DNA of 44,450 nt from an uncultured bacterium. Its GTDB lineage: Bacteria; Patescibacteriota; Minisyncoccia; Phycocordibacterales; GWA1-40-21. The stretch is from contig CAINLW010000057.1 in the NCBI GenBank assembly GCA_903850545.1, positions 1 to 44,450 of the forward strand, written 5' to 3'. Shown here in pieces: positions 42,385 to 44,450 of the stretch (the first letter of the stretch is position 1; each line of letters opens with the position of its first letter). A program made the position numbers and the translations under genes. The notes below the pieces were generated by a model. It ran no database searches. It was not told the origin of the DNA and saw only the letters and a program-made list of their open reading frames with translations.

Positions 42385-42825
42385 TTAACCGATTGGAAAT
42401 ATAACTGTTTTTGGTTTTGATGGAATACCTAATTCCGGCATAATTAAATGAAAATGTAGGTGACAAACTGTGGCCCCAGTGTAATTAGTATCTCCAAATC
42501 TAAGAGCTAGAGCTCCACCCTTAATATTAAACTTCTTTATTGCGAAATTAACGATTTTTTTAATTTCAGAAAAATCCTTTAACGACAAATCGGAGAAGTT
42601 TTCTTTATGATTCTTAGAAATTATTAAGAAGTGTTTTTTGGCGTTCTTATATGGCCAACTATTTTCAGTTATAAACCAATTTCCAATATTTTTGACGATT
42701 TCTTTTTTATGATAATTAAAATTTTCTGGACAAAATGGACAATGCCCAATTTTTTCTATTGAGTTGATTACTTTTTCATATTCTCCTTTTCCTTTTGCAA
42801 AAGTTGCATTTACGACTCGTTTCAT
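42385..42825 (-). CDS. HIT-family nucleotide hydrolase/transferase
   Basis: CPFCPENF Cys pair and histidine-triad motif VCHLHFHLIMP. Confidence 0.8.
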   Translation of the reverse strand: MKRVVNATFAKGKGEYEKVINSIEKIGHCPFCPENFNYHKKEIVKNIGNWFITENSWPYKNAKKHFLIISKNHKENFSDLSLKDFSEIKKIVNFAIKKFNIKGGALALRFGDTNYTGATVCHLHFHLIMPELGIPSKPKTVIFPIG

Positions 42826-42967
42826 TTTGTTTATAAATTGAAAATCTATTATAAAATTATATCATTTATTAAGCAAGAGTGTGGCAATTATATATTAGTG
42901 TTATCCTATAAGGATAAAAGTCAATTATTAATATTGTATTTAATGTAAATTGCCCAATCATAATAAT

Positions 42968-43522
42968 ATGAAAAATATTGTTTTAGCAATTGCTGGTTTA
43001 CCTGGAGCAGGAAAGAGTGTAGTAACTGAATATGTAATTAAAAAAACTGGCTGGCCCAAGGTGTATTTTCCCGAACCTATTTTTGATGAAATTAAAAAAA
43101 GAGGATTAGAAATTAATCAAGACAATGAAAAAGAAATTCGAGAAGAATTTAGGAGGAAACTTGGAATGGGTGCTTTTGCTACCATTAATTTACCGAAAGT
43201 TAAAGAATTATTAAACACTTCCAGTGTTGTCCTCGAAAGTTTTTATAGTTGGGAGGAATATTTAATTTTTAAAAAAGAGTTTGGAGACAAATTTTTTGTA
43301 TTAGCTACATATTCTTCACCGAAGACTCGTACAGAAAGATTGGCAAATAGAGATTTTAGGCCATTAAAAAAAGAAGAGGTTATTTTGCGTGATTATTCTC
43401 AAATAGAAAATCTTAATCAGGCAGGACCAATAGCCATAGCTGATTTTACAGTAATAAATGAAGGAAGCACTGATTATCTATATAATCAATTGGATATGAT
43501 AGTTGGTGAATTATTAAAATAA
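42968..43522 (+). CDS. P-loop nucleoside/nucleotide kinase-like protein (dephospho-CoA kinase / UPF0200-like)
   Basis: Walker A GLPGAGKS near the N-terminus. Small size and an ...R..R...R...E......AD..I.N.GS tail typical of small NMP-kinase-fold proteins. The track start 42950 is a TTG; the ATG at 42968 (MKNIVLAIAG) is preferred. Confidence 0.55.
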   Translation: MKNIVLAIAGLPGAGKSVVTEYVIKKTGWPKVYFPEPIFDEIKKRGLEINQDNEKEIREEFRRKLGMGAFATINLPKVKELLNTSSVVLESFYSWEEYLIFKKEFGDKFFVLATYSSPKTRTERLANRDFRPLKKEEVILRDYSQIENLNQAGPIAIADFTVINEGSTDYLYNQLDMIVGELLK

Positions 43523-43552
43523 TAATTAACACAAAAAATTATTAAAAGTAAG

Positions 43553-43579
43553 AGAGGCGGGGTCGTAGACCCCGCCTCT
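43553..43579. terminator. Bidirectional intrinsic terminator between the convergent kinase and HIT genes
   Basis: GC-rich 12-bp perfect stem AGAGGCGGGGTC / GACCCCGCCTCT with loop GTA, followed by TTGTTTG. Confidence 0.85.
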
Positions 43580-43596
43580 TTGTTTGATAGGTATTT

Positions 43597-44169
43597 TTAT
43601 ACCCTATCCTTCACCAGATTATATTCTTCCTTGGTGAGATTTGCTATCGGAGAACCATTGCGAAGTTTTTCAAAAACAACTGCTCTTGCATAACATTCCA
43701 TCGCCACATCTTCTCCGTCACAAAGGGGAAGAGCAACTCTCCCTGTACCGTCTGGAACGACAAGATGGCAGTGAAGGTGTTGAATCGTTCCTGAAGAAAA
43801 GCGGGCGTCTCCATCTCGTATCAGAATTCCGCGCGCCTTTAGTTTATACTTTTTAACCAATTTAGAGACGATATCAAACAACCCCAACTTCTCTTTGTTA
43901 GTTAAATCACCGGTTTCTTTAACATGACGCTTGGGCACCATGATGAAGTGATGTCTTGTGAACCTTTCTGGGCATGGACTTTGCCATGCGTGCCAGAATT
44001 CGTTTCCCACCAAAACCTTATTGATTTCTGAGTCGATATTGCAAAATATACATTTTTCAGTAAGTGCCGCTTCTACAGCTTTGCAATACAACTTGAGATT
44101 ACTAACGCGAGTTAGACAATCCAAAGTCGTTAGATCGGTAATTCCCGGAACAACCAGATTAGTGTTCAT
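43597..44169 (-). CDS. HIT-family protein, GC-rich paralogue of 42385-42825, probably horizontally acquired
   Basis: CIFCNIDS Cys pair and histidine triad IQHLHCHLVVP. The preferred start ATG at 44169 (MNTNLVVPG) is preceded by GGAGAACAAA, the only clear Shine-Dalgarno in the window. The track start 44322 is a TTG overlapping the transposase stop. Confidence 0.75.
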   Translation of the reverse strand: MNTNLVVPGITDLTTLDCLTRVSNLKLYCKAVEAALTEKCIFCNIDSEINKVLVGNEFWHAWQSPCPERFTRHHFIMVPKRHVKETGDLTNKEKLGLFDIVSKLVKKYKLKARGILIRDGDARFSSGTIQHLHCHLVVPDGTGRVALPLCDGEDVAMECYARAVVFEKLRNGSPIANLTKEEYNLVKDRV

Positions 44170-44318
44170 TTTGTTCTCCGTATGTTTTTTAGATTTGTGT
44201 TTATTTGTGCTACTACCAAAAACATACCATAATAAATATATATGTCTAGCATCAACCCCCTTGTTAACTTTGTTAAGAATAATATCGATATCAAAAGAAT
44301 TTTTTTGATAACCTGAAT

Positions 44319-44450
44319 TCAATATTCTATCGCAACTCCAGTTTTGTTATATAATACCTCAAGAGGTGTCAGACCTGCAAATCTTTTTCTCGGTCTAGTG
44401 TTTATTAAATACTCAACCCATTTAATATCTTCATCCGAAACTTTTGCAAA
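44319..44450 (-). mobile_element. IS30-family transposase, C-terminal 43 codons (gene continues beyond the right edge)
   Basis: The minus-strand frame reads FAKVSDEDIKWVEYLINTRPRKRFAGLTPLEVLYNKTGVAIEY*. The LN.RPRK..G..TP.EV block is the characteristic IS30 transposase C-terminus. TGA stop at 44319-44321. Confidence 0.75.

Noticed and set aside
29602-44322. Longer ORF-track starts at 29602 (TTG), 33511 (GTG inside a repeat), 36072, 42950 (TTG) and 44322 (TTG overlapping the IS30 stop).
   Set aside because: Downstream ATG codons (29629, 33574, 36090/36093, 42968, 44169) give N-termini typical of the respective families. The extensions run through repeat elements or terminator-proximal DNA.
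1-44450. An alternative genetic code (UGA recoding as in some CPR lineages).
   Set aside because: All recognisable genes are full length under the standard code, with TAA or TAG (occasionally TGA) stops at the expected ends. No conserved protein is interrupted by in-frame TGA.

Overview
AT-rich bacterial window. Hand counts on 60-nt samples give about 27% GC in background genes and 48-52% in a few islands. Gene content, tight gene packing, near-absence of Shine-Dalgarno sequences and small selfish cassettes look like a Candidate Phyla Radiation (Parcubacteria-like) genome. That placement is inference; no database search was possible.

Layout, left to right:
- 1-4.8 kb: 3' part of polA, a trigger factor lacking its PPIase domain, two small secreted/membrane proteins, and nusA.
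- 5.1-5.7 kb: an orphan Cas2-fold/PaaX-C-like gene bracketed by three copies of a 22-bp near-palindrome.
- 6.3-29.5 kb: a co-directional cell-surface block of about 23 kb. It holds a tail-collar-domain protein, a secreted InlB-B-repeat-like protein, a 2186-aa membrane-anchored subtilisin (S8) mosaic protein with an NHL propeller, an Lnt-like N-acyltransferase, an NHL+DUF1566 protein and a 752-aa paralogue of the giant protein's C-terminal half. It ends in a type IV pilus operon (pilB, pilC, three pilin-like genes, one large pilus-associated protein). pilB and pilC are split by a GxxExxY cassette flanked by inverted TACGAAT repeat arrays.
- 29.6-44.4 kb: AI-2E permease, metG, a four-helix-bundle cassette, tatD, an rRNA-type methyltransferase, a stand-alone cyanophycin-synthetase-like ATP-grasp, folate/thymidylate genes (5-FCL, folD, folA, dCMP deaminase, thyA), a SIMPL protein, secE-nusG-rplK with no rplA following, HIT-kinase-HIT, and the 3' end of an IS30-family transposase at the right edge.

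Non-coding highlights:
- A recurring structured leader upstream of nusA, pilB and rplK, with compensatory base changes in four helices.
- A roughly 30-nt GTAT-rich element placed immediately after the stop codon of nine genes.
- GTCATTCCCG-type palindromic elements.
- A stem-loop with direct and inverted repeats where rplA would be expected.

No rRNA gene, tRNA gene or CRISPR array was recognised.
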